In this document: in pieces, positions 27,033-36,512 of the stretch
How positions within the stretch are numbered: position 1 is the first letter of the stretch
How the letters are laid out: the number at the start of each line of letters is the position of its first letter
NCBI GenBank assembly: GCA_031385445.1
Contig: JANNBM010000024.1
Coordinates: 1,616-65,615, forward strand
Source: Paracoccaceae bacterium
Lineage (GTDB): Bacteria; Pseudomonadota; Alphaproteobacteria; Rhodobacterales; Rhodobacteraceae
Reading direction: 5' to 3'
DNA length: 64,000 nt
Translations under genes and position numbers: made by a program
The notes under the pieces: model-generated
What the model was told of the DNA's origin: nothing
The model's database searches: none
Seen by the model: only the letters and a program-made list of their open reading frames with translations

Positions 27033-27764
27033 TCAGACCTGCGGCAGCCCGTCGTCCAAGTCGTAATAATCGCCCTTGTCCGCTGCGAAATAGTGCCGCA
27101 CCAGATGCCCCCCGGTCGGATTGTCGATCACCCCGGCCTCCACCGAAAAAACCGCGCCCTTCACGTAAGTCACCCCGGACCCGCAGGTCGGGCAAAAATG
27201 GCGCAGCCCGCCGTTTGGATAAGCGTAGTCGCGAAGGTGCCTGGTTTCCCAGACAATCGCCGCCGGGTGCGCTTCAAAACTGGCCGAAAAATGGCCGGAC
27301 GCCTTGCGGCACTGGGTGCAATGACAGCCCCAAACCTCACCCATTGGCCCCGGCAACGTAAACCGATTGGCCCCGCAAAGACATGATCCGTGCAGCACCT
27401 CGGCGTGAACCGGCGCGGCGGTGTAATAGTCGCCGGCGTCCGCTGAAAACCAATCCTCGGCGCTGCAAAGCCCGCTCGGCCCGTCCAATGCGCCCGCCGC
27501 AAAGCTGATCCGGTCCTCGGCCAGAGGTTTCCAGAACAGCGACGCGCTGCACCGTTCGCAAAACCCGCGCTCGGCCACATCGGACGCACGATACCAGCGC
27601 AGCGTTTCAGTTTTTGTCAGCTGAAATCCGGCCAAAGGCACCGAAGATGCCGCCCAGTAATGCCCCGACCATTTGCGGCATTGTGTGCAATGACAGGGGA
27701 TCGCTTGGCGCAGCGGGCCGCTCACCTCAAATTCAACGCCGCCGCAATGACAAGAGCCCCTCAT
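27033..27764 (-). CDS. tandem GFA (glutathione-dependent formaldehyde-activating / CENP-V-like) domain protein
   Basis: 243 aa from ATG 27764 (ATGA overlap with the GAF gene). Two copies of the zinc motif set: GSCHCGG..CHCTQCRKWSG..CERC and GSCLCGA..CHCTQCRKASG..CPTC. Confidence 0.8.
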   Translation of the reverse strand: MRGSCHCGGVEFEVSGPLRQAIPCHCTQCRKWSGHYWAASSVPLAGFQLTKTETLRWYRASDVAERGFCERCSASLFWKPLAEDRISFAAGALDGPSGLCSAEDWFSADAGDYYTAAPVHAEVLHGSCLCGANRFTLPGPMGEVWGCHCTQCRKASGHFSASFEAHPAAIVWETRHLRDYAYPNGGLRHFCPTCGSGVTYVKGAVFSVEAGVIDNPTGGHLVRHYFAADKGDYYDLDDGLPQV

Positions 27765-28213
27765 TGCGCGCCCGCGAACACCTCGGCGAGCAGCGGCACC
27801 AGCCAATCCTCGTCGGCTTTGGTAAAGGCGGCGGGCGTGTCGCTGTCGATATCCAGCACCCCCAAAAGCCGCCCGGCGCCATTCCAGACGGGAAGAACCA
27901 ACTCGGACCGGGTCGAAGAGGCGCAGGCGATATGGCCGGGGAAGGCGTCGACATCGGGCACATTTTGCACCTGGCCCGTGCGCGCGCAGGCCCCGCAAAC
28001 CCCGCGCGAAAACGGGATCACAAGGCAGCCATGACCGCCCTGATAGGGCCCGATTTTGAGAATTTCAGGCCCAGTGACCCGGTAAAACCCGGTCCAATCG
28101 GCAAAGGGATGGGCGTGATGCACCTCGCAGGCGAAGGTTGCCATCAGCGCGACGGCATCCGTCTCGCCTTCGCACAGCGCGCGGATGGCATTTGTAACCT
28201 CTTGATCGTTCAT
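27761..28213 (-). CDS. GAF domain protein (free methionine-R-sulfoxide reductase / YebR-like)
   Basis: 150 aa. WTGFYRV..GPYQGGHGCLVIPFSRGVCGACA..VPDVDAFPGHIACASSTRSELVLPV is the fRMsr-type GAF pattern. Confidence 0.8.
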   Translation of the reverse strand: MNDQEVTNAIRALCEGETDAVALMATFACEVHHAHPFADWTGFYRVTGPEILKIGPYQGGHGCLVIPFSRGVCGACARTGQVQNVPDVDAFPGHIACASSTRSELVLPVWNGAGRLLGVLDIDSDTPAAFTKADEDWLVPLLAEVFAGAQ

Positions 28214-28214
28214 C

Positions 28215-29786
28215 CTAATACCCCAAAGCGCAACCGTCTTTGCGCGGATCCGATCCGCCCATCAGCCCGCCATTATCCCCAATCACAATCGCCTGCGCCC
28301 CGCCAATCGGCTCCGGCGAGACACGAACCTCGTGCCCCATTTCGGCCAGCTCCGCTTGAACCTGGCCCGAATAGCCACGTTCTACCATCATCCCCTCCGC
28401 CCCCGAAAAACAGCGCGGCGCGTCGATGGCATCTTGCAGGTCCATGCCGAAATCTTCGAGGTTCGTCACCAGCCGCGCATGGCCGCAAGGCTGATACGCG
28501 CCGCCCATCACGCCAAAGGGCATCACCACCCGGCCCGCCCGTTTGATCATCCCCGGGATGATCGTGTGCATCGGCCGCTTGCCGCCGCCCGCCTCGTTCG
28601 GATGACCTTCTTCCAGCGTAAACCCCGCACCCCGGTTTTGAAAATTGATCCCGAACCTGGCGGAGGCAATCCCCGCGCCAAAGCCCCAGAAGACCGAATA
28701 AATCAGGCTGACCGCCATCCGGTCACGGTCCACCACGGTGATATAGACCGTGTCCTTGTGCACCGCCTCGGTCAGGGGCCGCGCCTTGGCCATTGCGCGT
28801 TTGGGGTCGATCAGCGCGGCCAGCTTTTCGGCGGTCTGCGGCGCCAGCATGTGGTCCAGCCGCGCGGTTTGGTTCGCGATGAACCGGTCGCGCGCGTCAT
28901 AAGCCAGCTTTGCCGCCTCCGCCTCGATATGCGCGCGCTGTGTGCCGAAGGGGTCCATCGCGGCCAGATCGAAATGCGACAGAATGTTCAGCATCAAAAT
29001 CGCCGTCGCGCCTTGGCCGTTTGGCGGATGTTCGAACAATTCCATACCCTTGTAAGGGCCGCTGACCGGCTCGCCAAAGCTGCACTGCGTGGCGGCCAGA
29101 TCATCGTGGGAGTGGCTGCCGCCAAGGGCACGCAGGGAGGTGATCATGTCGTCGGCCACCTCGCCTTCGTAAAAACCGGCGCGGCCTTCACGGGCGACGC
29201 GGCGCAGAACCTCGGCCTGACCGGGGGCGCGAAAGAGGTCGCCGGGTTTTGGCGGGCCATCATTGCCCAGATAAAATCGCCGCGCATCGCCGGTCAGGGC
29301 GGGCGCATCTTCGGCCCAGTCAAAGGCGACGCGCGGGGCGACGGGCACGCCCTCGTCGGCATAGCGGATCGCGGGGGCAAGCACGCGGTCCAGCCCCATC
29401 TTGCCCCAATCGCCGTTCAGACGGCAAAAGGCATCGACCGCGCCGGGCATCGTGACGGCCTGAATGCCGCGCAATGGCACCTTTTCATGGCCCTGCGCGC
29501 GCATCGCGGCCGCCGACAGGCCCGCAGGCGCGCGGCCTGATCCGTTCAGCGCGATGATCCGCTCTTGGCCCGCCGGTTTGATCAGTGCAAAGCAATCGCC
29601 GCCGATCCCGGTCATCTGCGGCTCGCAAATACCCAGCAAGACCGCGCCCGCAATCGCCGCATCCGCCGCGTTGCCGCCTGCTTCCAGAACCTCGACCGCC
29701 ACTTTAGCGGCCAGTGGATGAGATGTCGCTGCCATTCCGTTCACCGCGTAAACCGCTGAACGCCCCGGCATATGAAAATCGCGCAT
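28215..29786 (-). CDS. ggt: gamma-glutamyltransferase
   Basis: 523 aa. DTVYITVVD (autoprocessing Thr region), RPMHTIIPGMI and GVMGG motifs. It ends 1 nt before the GAF gene start. Confidence 0.9.
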   Translation of the reverse strand: MRDFHMPGRSAVYAVNGMAATSHPLAAKVAVEVLEAGGNAADAAIAGAVLLGICEPQMTGIGGDCFALIKPAGQERIIALNGSGRAPAGLSAAAMRAQGHEKVPLRGIQAVTMPGAVDAFCRLNGDWGKMGLDRVLAPAIRYADEGVPVAPRVAFDWAEDAPALTGDARRFYLGNDGPPKPGDLFRAPGQAEVLRRVAREGRAGFYEGEVADDMITSLRALGGSHSHDDLAATQCSFGEPVSGPYKGMELFEHPPNGQGATAILMLNILSHFDLAAMDPFGTQRAHIEAEAAKLAYDARDRFIANQTARLDHMLAPQTAEKLAALIDPKRAMAKARPLTEAVHKDTVYITVVDRDRMAVSLIYSVFWGFGAGIASARFGINFQNRGAGFTLEEGHPNEAGGGKRPMHTIIPGMIKRAGRVVMPFGVMGGAYQPCGHARLVTNLEDFGMDLQDAIDAPRCFSGAEGMMVERGYSGQVQAELAEMGHEVRVSPEPIGGAQAIVIGDNGGLMGGSDPRKDGCALGY

Positions 29787-30075
29787 GCTGTACTCCCTTT
29801 GGCCGCAGCCTAGGCAGGTTGCGCAGGGATTCCAAGATGGCTGGGGGGGGGCGGACCGACCGGCGATGACGTTTGAACAGCGCGAACACCTTTTCAGACG
29901 CGCCGTTGAAAACCGGGCATCTTCGACAGTTGGTGTTAGTGCCTCGACGTCGTCAACTGGGTGGGGGCAAAGATCAACGACGTCGAGGGAAGCTTTATGC
30001 AGCTACAGGGATCAAGATGCCCTTGTTCCAAGGCGGCAATGGGAGTGAATTAAGGCAATTTGGTGTCAGTTATTC

Positions 30076-30573
30076 TTAATCCGCATCAATATCGACGACG
30101 TTCAACGATTGCACCGGAACCGAGAAACGCAAATGGTTGCGATTGTCCAGGCGTTCATAGCTGAGATCCTGCGTCAGGGTGCGAATCAGGAACCAGCCAA
30201 ATCCCCCCTCTGGCAAATCATCGGGGTCCAGTGGCGCAAGCTCGCCCTTGGGCATCTGAAGATCGGGCATCGGCGCCCCCTGATCATAGACCGATACGAC
30301 AAGCTGATCCGGCCGGCGGGAGATGTAAATGCGGATCGGACCCGGCCCATCGCGGTAGGCGTGTTCGACCACATTGTTCAAAACCTCGGCCAGGATGATT
30401 TCCAACGAGCCGCGGGTATCTTCGGTCAGCCCCGCCACCGAGGGCTTGGCCATCAACACCCGCAGCCCGTCATGGACCGAAGCGTTGTCGCCGTTCAGGA
30501 CCAGATTGATCGCGCCTTCGCGTGGAAGGACTGGCTGTTCGGGAAAGCTGTGTAAGATCCGCTCACCCTGCAT
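30076..30573 (-). CDS. RsbW/SpoIIAB-like anti-sigma serine kinase (HATPase_c)
   Basis: 165 aa from ATG 30573 (GAAGGA 7 nt upstream); ATG 30600 is an alternative. Contains EVLNNVVEHAY (N-box) and DQGAPMP..EGGFGWFLIRTL (G-boxes). Confidence 0.75.
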   Translation of the reverse strand: MQGERILHSFPEQPVLPREGAINLVLNGDNASVHDGLRVLMAKPSVAGLTEDTRGSLEIILAEVLNNVVEHAYRDGPGPIRIYISRRPDQLVVSVYDQGAPMPDLQMPKGELAPLDPDDLPEGGFGWFLIRTLTQDLSYERLDNRNHLRFSVPVQSLNVVDIDAD

Positions 30574-30898
30574 TCCGCAATCCTTCGGGAAGGCTGGCAT
30601 GAATCGTGAAGATCGAATCCATGCGCGTCAGGCGAAACACCTTTTCCACCGTGGGGGTCAGCCCGGAAAGTTCCAACTTTCGGCCCGGTCCAAGCGCCTT
30701 CATCGCGACCACAACGGCGCCAAGGCCAGAACTGTCCAGAAAGGCGACGGTCGACAAATCAAGCACCACCCGCGCATGGGCGGTCTGGGTCAGCTCGCGC
30801 ATGGTGTCTTTGAAATGAACGGCGCCTGCGGCATCAATCCGGTCACTGGGGACGCAGATCAAAAGATAGTCTACCATGTCCTTGGAATACATTGTCAT
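30563..30898 (-). CDS. STAS-domain anti-sigma-factor antagonist (SpoIIAA/RsbV-like)
   Basis: 111 aa. FLDSSGLGAVV contains the phosphorylatable Ser of the DSSGLG motif. Confidence 0.8.
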   Translation of the reverse strand: MTMYSKDMVDYLLICVPSDRIDAAGAVHFKDTMRELTQTAHARVVLDLSTVAFLDSSGLGAVVVAMKALGPGRKLELSGLTPTVEKVFRLTRMDSIFTIHASLPEGLRNAG

Positions 30899-30968
30899 CT
30901 CACTTTCAGAAGGGTCTACCGACGAAAGTAAGGCAAAGAAATTACGGAAAGGTAACCGCGGGCTGAAA

Positions 30969-31298
30969 TCAGTTCAGCTGGTATTGCAGGGGGTACATGC
31001 CATCTTCGAAATCGCCGAACAGATCGGGCAGATCGGGGTGGCTGACCGGCTCCCCTGTCTCGTCGGGGATCAGATTCTGCTCGGACACGTAGGCCACATA
31101 ATAGCTTTGGTCATTTTCGGCGAGCAGATGATAAAACGGCTGGTCCTTGGACGGGCGGCTTTCCTCGGGGATGTTCTGATACCATTCTTCGGTGTTTGAA
31201 AACATGGCGTCCACGTCAAACACAACGCCCCGAAAGGTTTGCTTGCGATGACGCAAGACCTGACCGATGGCATATTTCGCGTCTGTCTTAAGCATCAT
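30969..31298 (-). CDS. hspQ: heat-shock protein HspQ (YccV, hemimethylated-DNA-binding fold)
   Basis: 109 aa from ATG 31298 (GGGGGA upstream). KYAIGQVLRHRKQTFRGVVFDVD..QPFYHLLAEND..YVSEQNL matches HspQ. Confidence 0.8.
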   Translation of the reverse strand: MMLKTDAKYAIGQVLRHRKQTFRGVVFDVDAMFSNTEEWYQNIPEESRPSKDQPFYHLLAENDQSYYVAYVSEQNLIPDETGEPVSHPDLPDLFGDFEDGMYPLQYQLN

Positions 31299-31450
31299 GA
31301 TATGTCCCCCGACGGTGTATTTTAACCTCAGTTGGGGTGCGGTGTCCATCATCTGCGGCGCTGCGGGGGCGAAACAATCGGCGGCGATTGTTCAGGCTGC
31401 CCGCGCGAGTCCGCTCGCGCAGAAATGATGCCCTGGCGCTTTGCCCCCAT

Positions 31451-31479
31451 TTGCACAGGGCAAAAAATGCCCTATGCTG
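31451..31479 (+). promoter_or_regulatory. sigma-70-like promoter candidate (TTGCAC-N17-TATGCT)
   Basis: TTGCAC 31451-31456 and TATGCT 31474-31479, 28 nt upstream of ATG 31508. The spacer contains AGGGCA/TGCCCT inverted hexamers. Confidence 0.35.
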
Positions 31480-31507
31480 CCAAAAAACAAGACCGCACGA
31501 GGGGCCC

Positions 31508-32086
31508 ATGAGCAGAACCTTACGTGCGTCGATCCTCTTGCTGTTTCTCGCCTCATGTGGCGGCGGCAAGTTTTCGGCGCCTCGCAACTTGGACGACGCC
31601 TGTGCGATCGTCAACCAACGCCCGGAATATCTGCGGGCCTTCAAGGCGACCGAACGCAAATGGGGTGTTCCGGTCAACGTGCAGATGGCCACGATTTATC
31701 AGGAATCCAAATTCATCGGCAATGCCCGCACGCCGCACAAATATGCGCTTGGGATCATTCCGATGGGGCGGCAATCGTCGGCATACGGGTATTCGCAGGC
31801 GCTGGATGGCACCTGGGATGAATATCGGGACGAAGAGGGCGGACGCGGCGCCCGGCGCGACCGGATCGGTGATGCCTCCGATTTCATGGGCTGGTATATG
31901 GCTCAAAGCCAGGAAACCTTGGGCATTCCGCTTTGGGACGCGGAAAACCACTATTTGGCCTATCACGAAGGCCGCACTGGCTTTGCCAATCAAAGCTATA
32001 ACTCCAAGCCTTGGTTGATCGAAGTCGCCGATGAGGTGGGCCAAAGATCAGAGCTTTATGCCGCACAGCTTGCCGGGTGCCGTTAG
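31508..32086 (+). CDS. lipoprotein with lytic-transglycosylase-like (SLT-like) region
   Basis: 192 aa from ATG 31508. Lipobox LFLASC. ATIYQESKF resembles the catalytic E-S motif of SLT domains. Confidence 0.6.
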   Translation: MSRTLRASILLLFLASCGGGKFSAPRNLDDACAIVNQRPEYLRAFKATERKWGVPVNVQMATIYQESKFIGNARTPHKYALGIIPMGRQSSAYGYSQALDGTWDEYRDEEGGRGARRDRIGDASDFMGWYMAQSQETLGIPLWDAENHYLAYHEGRTGFANQSYNSKPWLIEVADEVGQRSELYAAQLAGCR

Positions 32087-32122
32087 GCGTATCTGCCACC
32101 TTCGCCAAAATAGGACGCTGAT

Positions 32123-32995
32123 TTGGAAGCCGTGATCAAGGGTAATCCGGGCAAAGGCGTCGCGCTGGTCGGGCTTGCAACACTGATTTTTGCGGCCTCG
32201 GACGTGCTGACCAAACACCTGACCGCGACCTATGCTATGGGTCTGGTGCTGGGCCTGCGCTATCTGGTCAATCTTGGTCTGCTGGCGGTTTTGATGGGCC
32301 CGCGCCAAGGTGCCGGGCTTTGGCGCACACAGCGCACGGGGCTCGTGATCGCGCGCGGCCTGTGCCTTAGCGCGGCGACCTTGACCATGGTGCTTGCGTT
32401 GAAAAGGCTGCCCGTCGCCGAAACCGTGGCGATCATCTATCTCGCGCCGTTCGCGGTGATGCTGCTGTCGGGCCCGCTTTTGGGCGAGCGGATCGGGGTC
32501 TTGGGCTTTGTTGGCGCCGCCGTCGGCTTTGCGGGGGTGCTGCTGATCCTGCGGCCGAACACCGGGCTTGATCCTGTCGGCGTCGTTTATGCCCTGATCA
32601 ATGGCGCGCTTGCCACCGCCTATCACCTGTTGACCCGCGTTCTGACCCGCAGCGAAACCATGACTGCGATGCTGTTTCACACGGCGCTGGTTGGCACGGT
32701 GATTTTCGGCATTATGGCCTTTGCCGAAGCCGCAGGCGCCGCACCTACATTGGCGGATTTGGGGCTGATTGTGCTGCTCGGGGCGTTCCCGATGGCCGGG
32801 CATCTGCTGTTCACCGCCGCCTATGCCGAGGCTCCGGCGGGGCTGCTTGCGCCCGTCAACTATCTGCATCTGGTCTGGGCCGCCATCCTTGGCGCGCTGG
32901 TGTTTGCCCATTGGCCAGACGCGGTGACCATCTTTGGCATGGCACTGGTGATCGCGGCCGGGGCTTTTACCGCCCTGACCGCCCGCCGCGCCTAA
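32123..32995 (+). CDS. DMT superfamily (EamA-like) transporter
   Basis: 290 aa with a ten-helix profile and two EamA-like halves. TTG start; GTG 32132 is an alternative. Confidence 0.8.
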   Translation: MEAVIKGNPGKGVALVGLATLIFAASDVLTKHLTATYAMGLVLGLRYLVNLGLLAVLMGPRQGAGLWRTQRTGLVIARGLCLSAATLTMVLALKRLPVAETVAIIYLAPFAVMLLSGPLLGERIGVLGFVGAAVGFAGVLLILRPNTGLDPVGVVYALINGALATAYHLLTRVLTRSETMTAMLFHTALVGTVIFGIMAFAEAAGAAPTLADLGLIVLLGAFPMAGHLLFTAAYAEAPAGLLAPVNYLHLVWAAILGALVFAHWPDAVTIFGMALVIAAGAFTALTARRA

Positions 32996-33594
32996 AATCC
33001 GCGCTTTTTCTTTTCGATATCGAGCGAAAACAGCGAGGTTTTATAGGTCCTGCCCAGCTTCATCTCGCCCAAAATCACGGTGGTTTGCTGGCCCAGATCG
33101 TCGGTGATGACCCATTGGCGCAAGGCGACCGGATTGTCGGTGAAAATCAGGTCAATCGTGCCATATTCGGGATGCTCAGGATCCTGCGCGCGCACCTTGG
33201 TCGATGATCCGTCGGCGTCGTGACCCACCACCATGCTGGCGCGGCCAAGGTCGATGTTGGCCCCAAGGATCAGGTTCAAAGGCGTACGTGTCAGCGGGTA
33301 TTGTTCGGGCGGCTGGTTTGATTTCGCATCGAAAATCGCCACCTGACCGGCCGAGGCGAGCACAAGGCTTTCATCCGGCGGCGCATATTCAAACCGCACC
33401 CGGCCGGGCCGCTGGATATAGATCTTTCCAGTCGAAACCGAACCATCGGCGTTCACTTGGGTGAAGTCCGTTTCGGCGGTCACCATCTGATTGAGATAGG
33501 AGCTAAGCACGTTCAGCGGCAGCTTTTCGGCGAGGGCCGGAAAAGCAAGAAGAACAAGGGCAAGCGGGGCCAAAAGGGCGGTCAGATGTCTCAT
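32992..33594 (-). CDS. LolA-like outer-membrane lipoprotein carrier protein
   Basis: 200 aa from ATG 33594. Signal peptide ending AFPALA|EK. F.Q.....G....G.IYIQRPGRVRFEY matches the LolA family pattern. Confidence 0.7.
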   Translation of the reverse strand: MRHLTALLAPLALVLLAFPALAEKLPLNVLSSYLNQMVTAETDFTQVNADGSVSTGKIYIQRPGRVRFEYAPPDESLVLASAGQVAIFDAKSNQPPEQYPLTRTPLNLILGANIDLGRASMVVGHDADGSSTKVRAQDPEHPEYGTIDLIFTDNPVALRQWVITDDLGQQTTVILGEMKLGRTYKTSLFSLDIEKKKRGF

Positions 33595-33697
33595 GCCGCC
33601 TATATAGCGGTCCGTTTGGCGCAGTGCATCCCCCCGCTGATCACATGGCGAAGAGATGCCGAGAGGAGTTTTCCGGTTCGTCCGCCGCACATGGCAA

Positions 33698-34927
33698 TTA
33701 CAGCGCGCGCCCGGTCAACAGGCGCGGCAGCTCGCCGGACAGTCCGGCGGCTTGGCGGATGAAGCCGCGCCGCAAAACGGGCAGCGCGCCAACGATGCCA
33801 AGGCCAAGGTCACGCCCGGCGCGCAGGATAGGGTTGTCGTTGGAAAACAGCGCGTTGACCCGGTCCATGCCCAGCGCCATCGTCATCGCTTCGGGCCGCC
33901 GCCAGGTTTGATACCGGGCAAGCACATCTTGCGCACCAATGTCCTCGCCGCGCCGCGCCGCCTCGACCAAAACCTGCGCAAGCGCCCCCACATCGCGCAG
34001 GCCAAGGTTCAATCCCTGTCCCGCGATGGGATGCACGCCGTGCGCGGCATCACCGACCAGCGCCATCCGGTGCCCGGCAAACCGCTCTGCCAAAGTCAGC
34101 GACAAAGGATAGGTGAAACGGTCCCCCGCCAGCGCAATCTCGCCCAGAAAATCGCCAAACCGGCTGCGCAGAGCCGCCAGAAAATCACCGTCCCCCAGCG
34201 CGGCGATATCAGCGGCTGAGCGGGCAGGCTCGCTCCATACCACTGAACAATGGTGCCCCCCGGCCAGCGGCAGGATTGCAAACGGCCCGCCGGGGGTGAA
34301 CCTTTGATGCGCGGTGCCGCCGTGATCGCGGGCGTGATGCACGGCGCAAACCAGCGCCGTCTGGCCATAGTCATGGCCCTGCCGCGCAATCCCCGCCCGC
34401 ACCGCCACGCCCGAGGCCCGCCCATCACAGCCCACCACCATTCGCGCGCGCACCTGCGCGCCGCTTGCCAGCGTCACCGAAGCGCCCTGCGCCGTGATGT
34501 CTTGCGCCATCACGCTTTGCCCCGAGATCAGCGTGATCTTTGGCTCTTCGCCCATCGCCGCCAGAAACCCGGCATAAAGATGCCGGTCTTCCAGCATGAA
34601 CCCCATCGGGCCTTCTTCAATTTCTGCATGATCGAACTGTAACCAAAAGGGCGAGGCGCCTTGCCCGACCCGCCCGTCACTCGCCACGATCTTCAGCATC
34701 GGCTGCGCCTTTGCCCCGACGCGGGCCCAAACCCCGATCGCCGTCAACAGCCGTTTTGACGCGATCGACAGCGCATAGGCCCGCCCGTCAAATCCCGCGT
34801 TCGCCCGTGTCGGCGCAGGCCGCGCATCCACCACCGTCACCGACAAGCCGCCGCTTGCAAGCGCCAATGCCAGAGCCGGGCCGTTCAGCCCGCCGCCCAC
34901 GATCACGATATCGCTGTCATATGTCAT
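33698..34927 (-). CDS. UbiH/UbiF/VisC/COQ6 family ubiquinone-biosynthesis hydroxylase
   Basis: 409 aa from ATG 34927. DIVIVGGGLNGPALALALA and the conserved VALVGDAAHGVHPIAGQGLNLG. Confidence 0.85.
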   Translation of the reverse strand: MTYDSDIVIVGGGLNGPALALALASGGLSVTVVDARPAPTRANAGFDGRAYALSIASKRLLTAIGVWARVGAKAQPMLKIVASDGRVGQGASPFWLQFDHAEIEEGPMGFMLEDRHLYAGFLAAMGEEPKITLISGQSVMAQDITAQGASVTLASGAQVRARMVVGCDGRASGVAVRAGIARQGHDYGQTALVCAVHHARDHGGTAHQRFTPGGPFAILPLAGGHHCSVVWSEPARSAADIAALGDGDFLAALRSRFGDFLGEIALAGDRFTYPLSLTLAERFAGHRMALVGDAAHGVHPIAGQGLNLGLRDVGALAQVLVEAARRGEDIGAQDVLARYQTWRRPEAMTMALGMDRVNALFSNDNPILRAGRDLGLGIVGALPVLRRGFIRQAAGLSGELPRLLTGRAL

Positions 34928-35005
34928 GCCGTTGAATATGGTCCAACGGGCGGGATTGTCCATGCGCTGCCGTGACGATAGCGTGGCGATATAAGGGGAG
35001 GTGCG

Positions 35006-36334
35006 ATGAAAACCTGGTCCAACATGACAGCCGCTGAGCTTGGCCGTGCCATCGGCAAAGGCACGATTAACGCGGTCGAGCTGGCCGAGTACTTTTTGGA
35101 CCGGATCGAAAGCCACGAGATCGCGCCGCGCGTCTATGCCCGCAGCACCCAAACCCGCGCGCGGGGCGAGGCGATGGGCGCGGCGAGCCGGGCCAAACGC
35201 GGCCTGAGGCACGGCCCGCTGGACGGGGTGCCGGTGTCGTGGAAGGATTTGTTCGACACCGCAGGCACCCTGACCGAGGCCGGATCGGCGCTGCTGCGCG
35301 GCCGCACGCCCGCGGTGGATGCGGCGGTTCTAAGCGCGGCGACGCTGGAAGGGTTGGTCTGTCTGGGCAAAACTCATATGGCAGAACTGGCGTTTTCGGG
35401 GCTTGGCCTGAACCCTGTCACGGCCACGCCGCCCTGCATCAACGATCCGCACGCGGTGGCGGGGGGGTCTTCGTCGGGGGCGGCGGCGTCGGTGGCCTTC
35501 GGACTGGCCCCGGCGGCGATCGGGTCTGATACCGGCGGATCGGTGCGCGTTCCTTCGGCGTGGAATGATCTGGTGGGCTTGAAAACCACATGGGGCCGAT
35601 TGCCGCTGGCGGGTACGGTGCCCCTGTGTGAAAAGTTCGATACCGTGGGGTTTTTAACCCGCAGCGTTGAAGACAGCGCGCTATTGCTGGCCGCCTGCGA
35701 GGGGCGCAAACCGATGGACCTGTCGGTGCCCAGCTTTCGCGGCCTGCGGCTTGCGGTGCTGGAAACCGTGGCGATGGACGATGTGCGGCAGGGGCCTGCG
35801 AAGGGGTTCGAGGGCGCGATATCCCGGCTGGGCCGCAGCGGCGCAATCATCAGCCGCACCCGTTTTCCGGCGATGGCCGAGGCAATCTCGCTTGCCGGGA
35901 TTTTGTTCACTGCCGAAGCTTATGGCATCTGGTCCAGCGTGATCGAATCCGCGCCCGAAAAGATGTTCCGGCGGACCCTTGACCGCTTTCGCAGCGGCGG
36001 GACGGTCCTGGCGTGTGATTATGTGGCCGGCTGGCGGCGGCTGATGCAGATCCGCGCCGAGTGGGCGCAGCAGATGGCAGGCTTTGACGCGATTTTGCTG
36101 CCCACCTCGCCAATCCTGCCGCCCGACGCCGCCCGACTGATGACCGACGACGCCTATTACGTCACCGAAAACCTGCTCGCCCTGCGCAACACAAAGGTCG
36201 GCAACATGATGGACCTGCCGGTGCTGACCCTGCCGACGGGCCAGCCCTCTTGCGGCATTTCCATCATGGGCACGGCGGGCAACGAAGAGCGCCTGATCCA
36301 TATTGGTCTGGCCGCCGAGCGCGCGCTGATCTGA
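35006..36334 (+). CDS. amidase (amidase-signature family)
   Basis: 442 aa with AAGGGGAGG upstream. GGSSSGAAAS, the GSDTGGSVRVPSA signature and KDLFDTAG. Confidence 0.85.
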   Translation: MKTWSNMTAAELGRAIGKGTINAVELAEYFLDRIESHEIAPRVYARSTQTRARGEAMGAASRAKRGLRHGPLDGVPVSWKDLFDTAGTLTEAGSALLRGRTPAVDAAVLSAATLEGLVCLGKTHMAELAFSGLGLNPVTATPPCINDPHAVAGGSSSGAAASVAFGLAPAAIGSDTGGSVRVPSAWNDLVGLKTTWGRLPLAGTVPLCEKFDTVGFLTRSVEDSALLLAACEGRKPMDLSVPSFRGLRLAVLETVAMDDVRQGPAKGFEGAISRLGRSGAIISRTRFPAMAEAISLAGILFTAEAYGIWSSVIESAPEKMFRRTLDRFRSGGTVLACDYVAGWRRLMQIRAEWAQQMAGFDAILLPTSPILPPDAARLMTDDAYYVTENLLALRNTKVGNMMDLPVLTLPTGQPSCGISIMGTAGNEERLIHIGLAAERALI

Positions 36335-36335
36335 G

Positions 36336-36372
36336 GCGGTGAAACAGGCAGCAGGGCCGACTGTTTCACCGC
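36336..36372 (+). terminator. stem-loop after the amidase gene (no U tract)
   Basis: Perfect 12-bp stem GCGGTGAAACAG / CTGTTTCACCGC with a 13-nt loop, starting 2 nt after the stop. It is followed by AACACG, so it is not a canonical terminator. Confidence 0.4.
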
Positions 36373-36512
36373 AACACGCCAAAATCATTGCGAAAAAGCC
36401 ACAGCTTGCCCCTGCATCCCCGCGCAATCGTTACGTTTTTATGGACCTGCCCCGCGCAGGCCGCTAAGGTTTCGGTGTAACGGGGCGGAATGACCCTGAT
36501 GTTGAGGCAGCA

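Noticed and set aside
29875-29887. GAAC-N5-GAAC, which looks like an SOS box.
   Set aside because: The alphaproteobacterial LexA site requires N7 spacing. With N5 the half-sites lie on different helix faces.
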